From NCBI GenBank assembly GCA_963817955.1, contig CAWFQK010000004.1:576001-640000 (forward strand): a stretch of 64,000 nucleotides of DNA. Direction: 5' to 3'. Source of the stretch: an uncultured Gemmatimonadaceae bacterium (GTDB lineage Bacteria > Gemmatimonadota > Gemmatimonadetes > Gemmatimonadales > Gemmatimonadaceae). Below are positions 9,381-18,447 of the stretch, in pieces; the stretch's first letter is position 1, and every line of letters starts with the position of its first letter. The notes under the pieces were generated by a model that was not told the DNA's origin, ran no database searches, and was given only the letters and a program-made list of their open reading frames with translations. The translations under genes were made by a program, and so were the position numbers.

Positions 9381-11177
9381 TCATCTCATTCCCCGCCGCC
9401 GCCGCAGCAGCCACTCGGCGCACAACAGCATGATGGCGAGCGCATAGGCCCATCCGGCCTGCCGCAACCGCGGTGCCGCATCCGCCGCCACATTGCCGCG
9501 CACGGTAACGCTCGTCAGCCTCGGCGCGCGCGGCAGCCACTCCCGCGAGGCATTCACCGCGAGCACCGCACTCCCACCCCGTGTCACGACGTCGTAGATA
9601 CCCGGTAGCAGCGGCGGAGTCTCGATTACACTGGTGCCGCTGGGGAACCGCAGTGTCAGCGAATCTACGCGTGCACCACCGCGTTGCCGCACGCTCAGGC
9701 CGACCACGGAGTCGGCGGCCGAGCCGCGACGCCATCGCACGGGCTCGCCGGCGCGTACCAGGCGCTCGTCCGGAACTGCCGCGCGCCGATCGGCGTGCTC
9801 GGCGGCCAGCCAGTCAAATATACTACCCCATAGCGCCGTGAACGCGTCAGACGACGAGCCCCCGCGAAAGCGCCAGCGCCACAAACCGGACGCAGCAACG
9901 ATCGCGACGCGGCGCGGCTCGTCCATTCCAACGATGAGCGGTTTCCGCTCCTCGCCCCGACCACGCCGCGCCTCCAATCCAACCCAGGTGCCCGCCGGGA
10001 CCTGCGTGGCGATACCCACCGGCGGCAGACTGTCCCATGAGATGCCCGACAGCGCGGGCGCAAGGGGAGATGCCGGTGCCGACGATGGATACCACTCTCC
10101 GTCAGTTCCCGATGTGACGATCAGCGCCAACGGCCCGAGCGTGACCGAGCGCGGCGCGCCGAACGCCGCCGTATCGCCGTGGATGATCGCAACCGGCGCG
10201 TCGCGCAGCGCCTGCCGCACCTCGATCTCGCTGACGGGTGTCAGCGCACCCTCCACCCGCCACGCACCCGGCGCGACGCGAAAAAAACCTCGCGTGGGAA
10301 TGCCGAGTGCACCGCGCAACACCGTCAGCGCGTACCGTGCATCGAAGTCCGGCGACGTCGACACGAATACGGCGCTCGCGGCGCGCGACAGGCCGATGGC
10401 CGTCACGAGCGTGTCGTTGCGCGGCTCGGCATCGCCGGGCGACGAGACGACGGCACGCAACACGGCCGGTCCCGCGGCGCCCTCGAGACGCATCTTCACC
10501 GGGACGATCCGCTCACCGAACGCCGGCAACGAGTTGACGGTCGTTCTGGCGACCAGTTTGTTCTCCAGCGTGATCGATAGCGTTCCACCGCGCGCGCCGC
10601 CTCGCCCGGCGGTGAGGCCGACACGCGCTTCGACCGTGTCGCCGCTCACGACCGCGCGCGGCATCTCGATCGATTCCACGGCGAGATCAGGGCGCGCCAG
10701 GTGTGGCAGAACGATTATGCGCGAGCCGCCCGGCAAACTCCGCGCGGCATCGGGGTCGTCGAGCTCACCATCGGTGACCACGGTGAGCGGATGCCCAGCG
10801 CCGAGCGCGCGCTCGACAGCAGGTCGCAGCAGCGAAGCGAGGTCGCGCGGTGCCGACATCGCACCTGCACGCCGGACAGAGTCGCCGAAGACGAACACAG
10901 ACTCCGCATGGAGCCGCGCGATCGTGTCGCGCGCCGCACGCCAGAGCGCGCTATCGCCGCGCGCCATGCTGAGCGATGCATCGAGCGCAGCCCAGCGCCC
11001 CACCGGCCGTGCCGGGGCCGCCGGCGCATCGAGCAGCAGCGCTACAAGGAGGGTGACCGCCCCCACACGTAACGCGGCGGCAACCACGACGCCCCACCCG
11101 GAGCGCAGATCGCGCCATCCATACTGGATGAGCGCGAGCACGACTCCGGAAATGATTGCGACGAGCCAGGGCGACAT
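9381..11177 (-). CDS. Conserved membrane protein with a degenerate vWA domain, an Ig/CARDB-like domain and a C-terminal anchor
   Basis: N-terminal TM helices, MIDAS-like DASLS...VTDG, PDLAV...RND CARDB-like segment, LWRWRF and C-terminal LLCAEWLLRRRRG. Confidence 0.7.
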   Translation of the reverse strand: MSPWLVAIISGVVLALIQYGWRDLRSGWGVVVAAALRVGAVTLLVALLLDAPAAPARPVGRWAALDASLSMARGDSALWRAARDTIARLHAESVFVFGDSVRRAGAMSAPRDLASLLRPAVERALGAGHPLTVVTDGELDDPDAARSLPGGSRIIVLPHLARPDLAVESIEMPRAVVSGDTVEARVGLTAGRGGARGGTLSITLENKLVARTTVNSLPAFGERIVPVKMRLEGAAGPAVLRAVVSSPGDAEPRNDTLVTAIGLSRAASAVFVSTSPDFDARYALTVLRGALGIPTRGFFRVAPGAWRVEGALTPVSEIEVRQALRDAPVAIIHGDTAAFGAPRSVTLGPLALIVTSGTDGEWYPSSAPASPLAPALSGISWDSLPPVGIATQVPAGTWVGLEARRGRGEERKPLIVGMDEPRRVAIVAASGLWRWRFRGGSSSDAFTALWGSIFDWLAAEHADRRAAVPDERLVRAGEPVRWRRGSAADSVVGLSVRQRGGARVDSLTLRFPSGTSVIETPPLLPGIYDVVTRGGSAVLAVNASREWLPRAPRLTSVTVRGNVAADAAPRLRQAGWAYALAIMLLCAEWLLRRRRGMR

Positions 11178-11199
11178 GCGCGAAAGCTAGTTACTCTTG

Positions 11200-11220
11200 C
11201 GGGACACGGGACACGAGAAA
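11200..11220. repeat. (CGGGACA)x2-3 heptamer array, left border of the insert
   Basis: cgggaca cgggaca cgagaaa, the reverse complement of the array at 13783-13807. Confidence 0.7.
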
Positions 11221-11501
11221 CTCACAACGCACATCTCATCACTGGCAACTCGAAACTCGCCGACCGGTGGGCCGACCGGTACGGAGCAGCCAGCGACATC
11301 CAGCCGGCCAATACCTGGAGTCCAATCCGATCTCCCAGGTCCTTCGCTCAGGAGGACAGGCCGTCGCGGGTACAGTGATCAGTTGTAAGTGGTCAGTGGT
11401 GAGTATACGGGTCATGCGCACCAGGGCGCCTGGCTCGCAGGCCACTATCGCCGGTCGGCGAGGTTCGGGTGTCCAGTTGTGAGTCGTGAGTTGTGAATTT
11501 C
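11217..11501. mobile_element. MITE/REP-like element of ~285 bp with 53-bp imperfect terminal inverted repeats
   Basis: 11217-11269 is near reverse-complementary to 11449-11501. It contains 4 GTGGT(G/C)A-type heptamers (11375-11402) and has no credible coding capacity. A permuted second copy lies at 2401-2695. Mobility is inferred. Confidence 0.6.
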
Positions 11502-11579
11502 TAATAACGCACCACGCATCACTATGAAGGGTAGGAACGAGAACGGTCGCCCGAGGGCGGCCGTTCGCGCATATTGCGG

Positions 11580-12113
11580 AGTGTGAACTACCGGTGCGGC
11601 GTGTGACACCGCCGGCACCTGCGGTGCGGAAGGGGGTGATGCTGCAGGCGGTGTTGCGGGCGCCGCCGTACTGCCTTGCGGAGTGCCTTTGCGTGGCGCC
11701 CTGCATGATGGCGTCCGCTTGTACCGCGCTCGCGCGAGCGCCGATCTTGACGCCCGGCTTATGAGCGACGCGCTTCGCGGCAGTCCAGGTCGCCTGCAGG
11801 CTGGCATCGCCGGATCAACGGCAGCAGCAAGTCGTTGAGCACCGTGATGATGGTGCGACCACGCCACTGCTCGGCTGCCAGGGATGCCGTCGCCCCGCTT
11901 CGGACCACGGTTTGCCCCGATCGCCCATCTATGGCGGCCTGAAGCGCCTGCGGGGACGCCTGCAACCGCGCGATGAAGTCCGCCGGGAGCCCGTTGGCCG
12001 TGAACACCGCCGCGTGGCTCGCCGCGGCCTCGCCCATCGCCGCCGCCGCCGCGAGCAGTCGCGTCGTCGATGCGGCGGAGCGCTTCCAGCATACTGCCTT
12101 CGTTGTATTTCAT
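11580..12113 (-). pseudogene. Frameshifted remnant of a helical hypothetical protein with a Pro/Ala-rich tail
   Basis: GGAAGG ribosome-binding site and ATG 12113 (MKYNEGSMLEALRR). Protein-like segments continue in other frames: LLAAAAAMGEAAASHAAVFTANGLPADFIARLQ...LNDLLLPLI, then GDASLQATWTAAKRVAHKPG, then GSTAAPATPPAASPPSAPQ. The 3' end is approximate. Confidence 0.55.
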
Positions 12114-12194
12114 GTGGCCTTCCGGCCAACGGGGGCGCCGCAATGGACCTGCACCGCGATGGGCGCTCGACGCGCCGGGGTCGAAATACGGGAG

Positions 12195-13295
12195 CAACCG
12201 CCTCGAGCGGTTGCGGTGTGGTCTTGGGGAGTTGCGCTGTGGTGAGGAGTTGCGCTGTGGTCTTGAGGAGTTGCGATATCGTCTCGGAGAATTGGGGTGT
12301 CGTCTCAGAGAGTTGGGGTGCCGCCTCAGCGAGGTGAGGTGTCGTCTCGGAGAGTTGGGGGCGCGCCTCAGCGAGGTGGCGTGGCAGCTCGAGGCGTTGG
12401 GATCCCGTCTCAAGGCGTTGGGGTGCCCGCTCGACGAGTTACGACCCTAGCTCGACGAGTTGGAGTGCTCTCTCGCCGCACTCCGATTGCGTCTCGGCGA
12501 GTTCGGATTCCAGCTCGACGCGCCGGGGTGCCGTCTCGCCGCGCTCCGATTGTGTCTCGACGAGTTGGAGTGCCGTCTCGCCGCGCTCCGATTGTGTCTC
12601 GACGCGTTGGGATCTCAGCTCGATGCGCTCCGATTGTGTCTCGGCGAGTTGGGGTGCCGTCTCTGCACGCAAGAGAGCCGTCTCGCGGCGATGCGATGCA
12701 ATCTCGACGCGATCGCATCCCTCCTCGGCAAGTTGCAATGCCTGCTCGGCACGCGAGGATCCTGGCTCACCGCGTTGGGATCCTTGCTCGCCGCGTTACG
12801 ATTCCGTCTCGACGCGCAACGATCCCGGCTTGATCCGTTGCGATTCCGTCTCGACGCGCAACGATCCTTGCTTGATCTGTTGGGATTCCGTCTGGGCAGG
12901 CGACGATCCCTGCTTGGCGCGTTGCGATCCTATCTTGGCGCGCGACGATCCCTGCTTGACGCGTTGCGATGCCATCTCGGCGCGTTCGCATTCCATCTCG
13001 GCGCGTTCGCATTCCATCTCGGCGCGTTCGCATTCCATCTCGGCGCGTTCGCATTCCATCTCGGCGCGATCGCATTCCATCTCGCCACGATCGACTTCGA
13101 TCTCGCCACGATCGATCCCGCCTCGCCACGATCGATCCCGCCTCGCCACGATCGCATTCCCTCTCGCCGCGATCACATTCGATCTTGGCGCGATCGCATT
13201 CCATCTCGCCACATTCGCATTCCATCTTGGCGCGATCGATCCCGTCTCGCCACGATCGCATTCCCTCTCCACACGATCGATTCCGTCTCGCCACC
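12195..13295. repeat. Degenerate tandem array with 21-nt period (~50 units), including 4 exact CCATCTCGGCGCGTTCGCATT copies at 12972-13055
   Basis: CTC/CTT recurs every 21 nt. Translations give heptads in all frames (LGELGCR, HLGAFAF, AEMECER, RRDGMRT). Confidence 0.85.
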
Positions 13296-13442
13296 CGCGC
13301 ATCGTGCGATGAGTGCGGTCCTATATATTAGTTCCGAAATTGGGGGGTCAGCGCAAGGGTCAATATAACCGATTGACCAAAACCGACATGTTTTGAGCGT
13401 TTCAGCGTTAGTACTCGTAAAGAGGTACGTCAGTCCCGTGTC

Positions 13443-13705
13443 TTTTTCACCGCTGAGTTCGCAGAGAATCGCGGAGGCGCAGAGAACTGCAAGAGAACTG
13501 CAAGAGAACTGCAGAGGGAAGCGCGTAGAGGTGGAACGCGAGAGGCGATTCACCATTCGGATGATCCCATCTCTTGGCCCCATCACGCAGATGACCCCAG
13601 CTCTCAGCTGCGCGACTCCGAGCGTCACGACGGTGTCAGCCAAGACGCTCGGATGAGATTTTCTCGGTGTTCCTCCGCAGTTCTCTGCGCCCTCTGCGGT
13701 AAAAA
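13443..13705. repeat. ~35-bp imperfect inverted repeats (13443-13477 / 13672-13705) enclosing (AGAGAACTGCA)x3
   Basis: TTTTTCACCGCTGAGTTCGCAGAGAATCGCGGAGG matches the reverse complement of the right arm, TTTTTACCGCAGAGGGCGCAGAGAACTGCGGAGG. Confidence 0.75.
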
Positions 13706-13724
13706 GCTGTTCTACCGGTCACAG

Positions 13725-13770
13725 AGATCCTTCGCTTCGCTCAGGATGACAGGACTTCGCTCAGGATGAC
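13725..13770. repeat. REP-like CTTCGCTCAGGATGAC direct repeats (third copy at 11342-11360)
   Basis: AGATCCTTCGCTTCGCTCAGGATGAC AGGA CTTCGCTCAGGATGAC. The 11342-11360 copy matches 13735-13753 at 18 of 19 positions. Confidence 0.7.
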
Positions 13771-13782
13771 GGGCATGGGGCA

Positions 13783-13807
13783 TCCCGTGTCCCGTGTCCC
13801 GTGTCCC
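13783..13807. repeat. (TCCCGTG)x3.5 heptamer array, right border of the insert, abutting the M23 gene stop
   Basis: tcccgtg tcccgtg tcccgtg tccc, then the stop codon at 13808-13810. Confidence 0.8.
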
Positions 13808-15073
13808 TCAGTGCAGCGCGAGCTTCACGACGCCGGTGACGGGTGCGTCGAGCGTTGCCAGCAGACGGTTGCGCAACTCAGCGAAGGCGCCGCGTTCGGA
13901 GGCCGGCAGCGGCTCACCGCCCGTCGCCTTCAATGCCGTGCGCGGATCCCGCTGCTCGCCGTTCACGATCACCTCGAAGTGCAGATGCGGACCCGTGCTC
14001 AACCCGGTACTGCCGACGTATGCCACCGTCTGGCCGATCGTCACATGCGTGCCAACGCGAATGCCCGAGGCGTACCGGCTCAAGTGCCCGTAGCGGGTCA
14101 CGAAGCCGTTCCGATGCCTGATCTCGAGCACGTTGCCATATCCGTTGCCCCAATTCGCGCGAACGATCACGCCGTCACCGATCGCGCGCACCGCGGTGCC
14201 CATCGCGGCCGCGTAGTCGGTGCCCTTGTGCATACGCCAGCCGCCGAGGATGGGGTGCTCGCGTCCACCAAACACACTCGAGATGCGGCGGAATTCGAGC
14301 GGCGCGCGCAGGAAGGCGGCGCGCATCGATTTGCCGTTCTGATCAAAGTACTGGCCGCTCACGGCTTGGCTGGCATAGCGCACCGCGCCGATGATACTTC
14401 CAGACAACTTGAATGTCGCGGCGATGACCTTGCCGATCCGCACCGCGCCCGTGGGCGCAATCGATCGCTCGGCAATGACCTTGAATTGATCGCCGGCCTG
14501 GAGGTCGCGGCTCATGTCCACGCGATACTCGTAGACGTCGGCCAGCGACCATGCAAGTTGCTGGCGCGCTCCCATCGGGAGATCGCTCTTCGCGCTCGCA
14601 TCCATGGCGTCATACAGGTTGGACCCGATCGTGCCGCCGACGACGATGGTGTCTGTCGTCCACGGCAGATGCTCCTCCGTGCCCTGCCAGGTATCGCCCG
14701 TTCGATGCAAGTGCAGCAACCGATCGATCGATAGTTGGAGCGTCACGTCCGATGGTATCGAGTCGGCGGCTTCGGACTTGACCGTCACCGGCATGCCAGC
14801 CGGAATCCGGCGCTCATCCAGCGAGGTCGCGGCTTGCAGTGCGCGCGCCGCAGCTCCGTCAGTGAGGCCGTCTCGGCGCAGGAGCGCCTGGAGGGATTCA
14901 CCGCTGCCGAGCGTATCGAAGCGGAGCTTCGATTGCGGGGCACCCTCTGGTGTGATGAGCACGTCCGCTGCCTTCGCGCCCGGATCGGGAAGCTGGGGCG
15001 TGAAGCGAAGCGCGCCGGCGAGCGCCAGCACGACAAGGCCGTACAATACGATGCGTACGGCGCCCAGCTTCAA
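13808..15073 (-). CDS. M23-family metallo-endopeptidase (MepM-like)
   Basis: N-terminal anchor, [10 protein letters not shown] (HxxxD), TRYGHL and [13 protein letters not shown] (HxH). Confidence 0.92.
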   Translation of the reverse strand: MKLGAVRIVLYGLVVLALAGALRFTPQLPDPGAKAADVLITPEGAPQSKLRFDTLGSGESLQALLRRDGLTDGAAARALQAATSLDERRIPAGMPVTVKSEAADSIPSDVTLQLSIDRLLHLHRTGDTWQGTEEHLPWTTDTIVVGGTIGSNLYDAMDASAKSDLPMGARQQLAWSLADVYEYRVDMSRDLQAGDQFKVIAERSIAPTGAVRIGKVIAATFKLSGSIIGAVRYASQAVSGQYFDQNGKSMRAAFLRAPLEFRRISSVFGGREHPILGGWRMHKGTDYAAAMGTAVRAIGDGVIVRANWGNGYGNVLEIRHRNGFVTRYGHLSRYASGIRVGTHVTIGQTVAYVGSTGLSTGPHLHFEVIVNGEQRDPRTALKATGGEPLPASERGAFAELRNRLLATLDAPVTGVVKLALH

Positions 15074-16257
15074 TCCATTTGCCTCCGAATAAAGGTCGGG
15101 ATCTCCATGTCGCTGAGGTCCTGCGAACCCTTCTCGGTGGACGGACGTGGCGCGCGTGGCGATTCGCCGGTGCGGATACCGTTAGCAGTGACGCGGGCCG
15201 GACGATTGGCAGGGAACGGAATGACCGGCGAGCCTTTGTTGGGTTGGACGGAGGACGCGGACGCCTGTTGTACCGGCGCGATCGGCGCAACGTTGAGCGC
15301 ACGATCGAACCCGGTCGCAATGACGGTCACGCGAATCTCGCCCTGCATCGCCGGCTCGTGCACGGCACCAAAGATGATCTCGGCGTCGTCTCCAACCGCG
15401 TCGTGAATGATCTCATTGATCTGATGCACTTCACCGAGCGTGAGGTCGGCACCGCCGGTGATGTTCACCAGCACGCCACTCGCGCCCGATATACTGACGT
15501 TATCGAGCAGTGGCGACGCAATGGCCTGCTGCGCCGCTTCCAGGGCGCGATTCTCACCGCGTCCGATTCCCGTGCCCATCAGCGCCGATCCGCCAGCCTG
15601 CATCACGGTGCGCACGTCAGCGAAGTCCACGTTGACGAGCCCCGTGACGCTGATCAGCGACGAGATGCCCTGCGTAGCGTGCAACAGCACTTCGTCGGCC
15701 TTCTTGAGCGCATCCTGAAACGGAATGCCTTTGCCGACGACGGCAAGCAGGCGCTCGTTCGGAACGACGATCATGGTGTCGACGTTCTTGCGCATGGCAG
15801 CGATGCCCTCCTCTGCCTGTCGCATGCGCTTGCGTCCCTCGAAGAGGAACGGCTTCGTCACGATGCCTACCGTGAGCGAGCCAGCCTCCCTCGCGAGCTC
15901 AGCGACGACGGGAGCGGCGCCGGTGCCCGTGCCGCCGCCCATGCCGCACGTGATGAACACGAGGTCGGCGTTCGCGAGCGCGCTACCGACTTCGTCGCGG
16001 TTCTCTTCGATGGCTTGACGGCCGATCTCAGGCCTCGCTCCCGCACCAAGACCGCGTGTGAGCTTCTTGCCTATTTGCACCTTGAGATCGGACTTCGACG
16101 TCAACAACGCTTGCGCGTCGGTGTTGATCGAAATGAACTCCACTCCCTCGAGGTGCTCGTCGATCATGCGGTTGACGGCGTTTCCGCCGCCCCCACCGAT
16201 GCCCACGACTTTCATGCGGGCGTTTTGGGTCGCGCTCTCTTCGAACTCGAAGATCAT
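15070..16257 (-). CDS. ftsZ: Cell division protein FtsZ
   Basis: [24 protein letters not shown] and NVDFADV, with C-terminal peptide [12 protein letters not shown]. Start trimmed to ATG 16257. Confidence 0.98.
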   Translation of the reverse strand: MIFEFEESATQNARMKVVGIGGGGGNAVNRMIDEHLEGVEFISINTDAQALLTSKSDLKVQIGKKLTRGLGAGARPEIGRQAIEENRDEVGSALANADLVFITCGMGGGTGTGAAPVVAELAREAGSLTVGIVTKPFLFEGRKRMRQAEEGIAAMRKNVDTMIVVPNERLLAVVGKGIPFQDALKKADEVLLHATQGISSLISVTGLVNVDFADVRTVMQAGGSALMGTGIGRGENRALEAAQQAIASPLLDNVSISGASGVLVNITGGADLTLGEVHQINEIIHDAVGDDAEIIFGAVHEPAMQGEIRVTVIATGFDRALNVAPIAPVQQASASSVQPNKGSPVIPFPANRPARVTANGIRTGESPRAPRPSTEKGSQDLSDMEIPTFIRRQMD

Positions 16258-16513
16258 TGAGAACGGTCCGTACTTCGAAGTGTGGTGATCGGAACAGCGG
16301 GAAGGAATACTGCTGCGACAGATCGGACAGCGGATTGGCCAGCGCATGCCGCCGGGTTCGCTCGGGCAATATAACGCTTTCCGGCGTTCCGACTACTCTT
16401 TTTTTGGACGACGCAGCACCGGAAGAATCACGGATCTACGCTCCGGGGTTTTCCACACAAACGAATCACGCTGACACGTTTTTGATACCGGCCGCGGTCC
16501 CGGCCTTGTCATC

Positions 16514-17773
16514 TCAGAAGAAGTCCTGCAGCCAGAACTTGATCCGGGCCGCGATCTTCTCCATCCCGCCCCCGCCCATGTTCAGCCGCCGGGATCCCGC
16601 TGCGGCTCCGCCCAGCGCGATGCGATGCGCCCCGTAGTGAGCCAGGCCGGTCACCGTCGCGAACCGAGGCGCCTCGACCGAGTCAACGAGTCCACCGATG
16701 TTCTCCGACGGAATCCCCACGCGGACTCCGGTTCCGTACACGTCACTCGCCAATTCGGCCGCACCCTGCATTGCCGCGGCGCCACCGGTGAGCACCACGC
16801 CAGCACTGAGCTTGCCCGCGAATCCTGCCGAGGAGATGTCACGCTGCACGAGATCAAAGATCTCATCCATTCGCTGATGGATGATGTGCGCGAGGAGCTC
16901 GCGCGGAATCTGCCGGTCGCCCTGCGCCACCGTGCTCGGTAGCTGAATGATTTCCGACGGGTCGATCAGCGGCTCGTACGCGCAGCCGAACCGCTCCTTC
17001 AACCGCTCGGCGTCAGCCTGCGTCACGCCAAGGCCGTGCACGATGTCGCTCGTCACATTGTTGCCGCCGAAAGCGACCGTACCGAGGTGGCGAATCTTGC
17101 CTTCGTAAAAGACGGCGAGATCGGTCGTGCCCGCACCCATCTCCACGAGCGCAACGCCCAGTTCCTTCTCGTCTTCCGTCAACACGGCGAGTGAGCTGGC
17201 GAGGGGTTCGAGCACGAGTTCCCGTACCTTGTAACCGGCACGTTCCACCGACTTGCGGAGATTGATCGCCGGCGAACTGCCGATCGTGACCAGATACATC
17301 TCCGTCTCCAGGCGGGTGCCGCTCATGCCGATGGGATCGCGAATCCCGACGTTCTTGTCCACCGTGTATTCCTGCGGGATGGCGTGCAAGAGTTCACGGT
17401 CCTGCGGAATCGCCTGCGCGCGCGCCACTTCGTTGGCCCGATCGACATCGGACTTATTGATCTCGTCATGACTCACGGCGACGATGCCTTGGCTCGTCAT
17501 GGCCTGAACGTGCTCGCCCGCGATGCCGGCATACACCTCCTGCACCTGCGCGCCGGCCATGCGTTCGGCGTCCTGCATTGCCTTGCGAATGGAGCGTGTC
17601 GTCTCCTCGATATCTGACACGACACCGCGGCGCATGCCAGTCGTACGCGCCTGGCCGACGCCCAGGACCTTGATGATTGGATGCTTTGGCAGATCGCCCT
17701 CGACTTCGGCGATGATGGCGGTCGTCTTCGCGGAGCCGATATCGAGTCCTGCGACGAGGCGTTCCGGATTCAT
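16514..17773 (-). CDS. ftsA: Cell division protein FtsA
   Basis: LDIGSAKT, EMGAGTTD, GGNNVTSDI, VLTGGAA and a C-terminal amphipathic helix KFWLQDFF. Confidence 0.97.
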   Translation of the reverse strand: MNPERLVAGLDIGSAKTTAIIAEVEGDLPKHPIIKVLGVGQARTTGMRRGVVSDIEETTRSIRKAMQDAERMAGAQVQEVYAGIAGEHVQAMTSQGIVAVSHDEINKSDVDRANEVARAQAIPQDRELLHAIPQEYTVDKNVGIRDPIGMSGTRLETEMYLVTIGSSPAINLRKSVERAGYKVRELVLEPLASSLAVLTEDEKELGVALVEMGAGTTDLAVFYEGKIRHLGTVAFGGNNVTSDIVHGLGVTQADAERLKERFGCAYEPLIDPSEIIQLPSTVAQGDRQIPRELLAHIIHQRMDEIFDLVQRDISSAGFAGKLSAGVVLTGGAAAMQGAAELASDVYGTGVRVGIPSENIGGLVDSVEAPRFATVTGLAHYGAHRIALGGAAAGSRRLNMGGGGMEKIAARIKFWLQDFF

Positions 17774-18447
17774 GGGAGTCTGGCGATCACTTGGTCACGG
17801 TAGCGAAGGTCTATCTCGGCCGGGCGAATCTGCTTGCGGCTGAGATCTGCTTCGACTGGCTCGATATCGGCAAGGCGGTCCAACGTCACATCCTGCATGG
17901 CACGCACCGGCTCCGTCGCGAGCTCGAACAGCAGCTCGTCCCGCCCCACGCGTCGTACGGCGCTCACGCGGGCATACAACGTTGGTCTGCCGACGCGTAA
18001 TTCGCCCAGGAGCCGAAGCAGGGCGGTATCGCGCTGCATCAACACCGGTGCATCGACAGTAACACGCGCCGGGTCGATTGGAAGCGCGACCCCACGCCCA
18101 TCATACACGCGTAGCCCGCCAGCAGACGGCACGAGCGCCACCGGCGTGCGCTCCGTCACCTCGACGACGAGCGTTCCCGGCAGCTTGCGGTGGATCACGA
18201 CGCGTTCGACGGCCGGATGGCTGGCGACGCGGGCCTCGATCGGCCCTATCGGATCCCAGACGGACGACATCGTATCGACGTGCAAGCGCCCCAGAATGTC
18301 ACTGGGGGGAAGGTAACGCGCGCCCAGGATCTCGATCCGGTGCACGTGAAAGAAGGCCATGCGCCGCATGATCAGCGGCATCCAGAGCGGCGCAGCGAGG
18401 ACAAGCAACGCGCAGATTCCGAAGAGCGCGAGCTTGTAACGCCTCAT
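17770..18447 (-). CDS. ftsQ: Cell division protein FtsQ/DivIB
   Basis: Single TM, POTRA segment (RKLPGTLVVEVTERTPVA), C-terminal IDLRYRDQV, and position between murC and ftsA. Confidence 0.88.
   Translation of the reverse strand: MRRYKLALFGICALLVLAAPLWMPLIMRRMAFFHVHRIEILGARYLPPSDILGRLHVDTMSSVWDPIGPIEARVASHPAVERVVIHRKLPGTLVVEVTERTPVALVPSAGGLRVYDGRGVALPIDPARVTVDAPVLMQRDTALLRLLGELRVGRPTLYARVSAVRRVGRDELLFELATEPVRAMQDVTLDRLADIEPVEADLSRKQIRPAEIDLRYRDQVIARLP

Noticed and set aside
12195..13295. CRISPR array
   Set aside because: Units are contiguous and degenerate with no unique spacers, and there are no cas genes in the window.
11445..13368. Multiple overlapping Arg-rich ORFs as real genes
   Set aside because: They result from the stop-poor 21-nt repeat; no frame could be preferred with confidence.
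11200..13807. Autonomous IS, retron or diversity-generating retroelement
   Set aside because: No transposase, recombinase or reverse transcriptase motifs in any listed frame.
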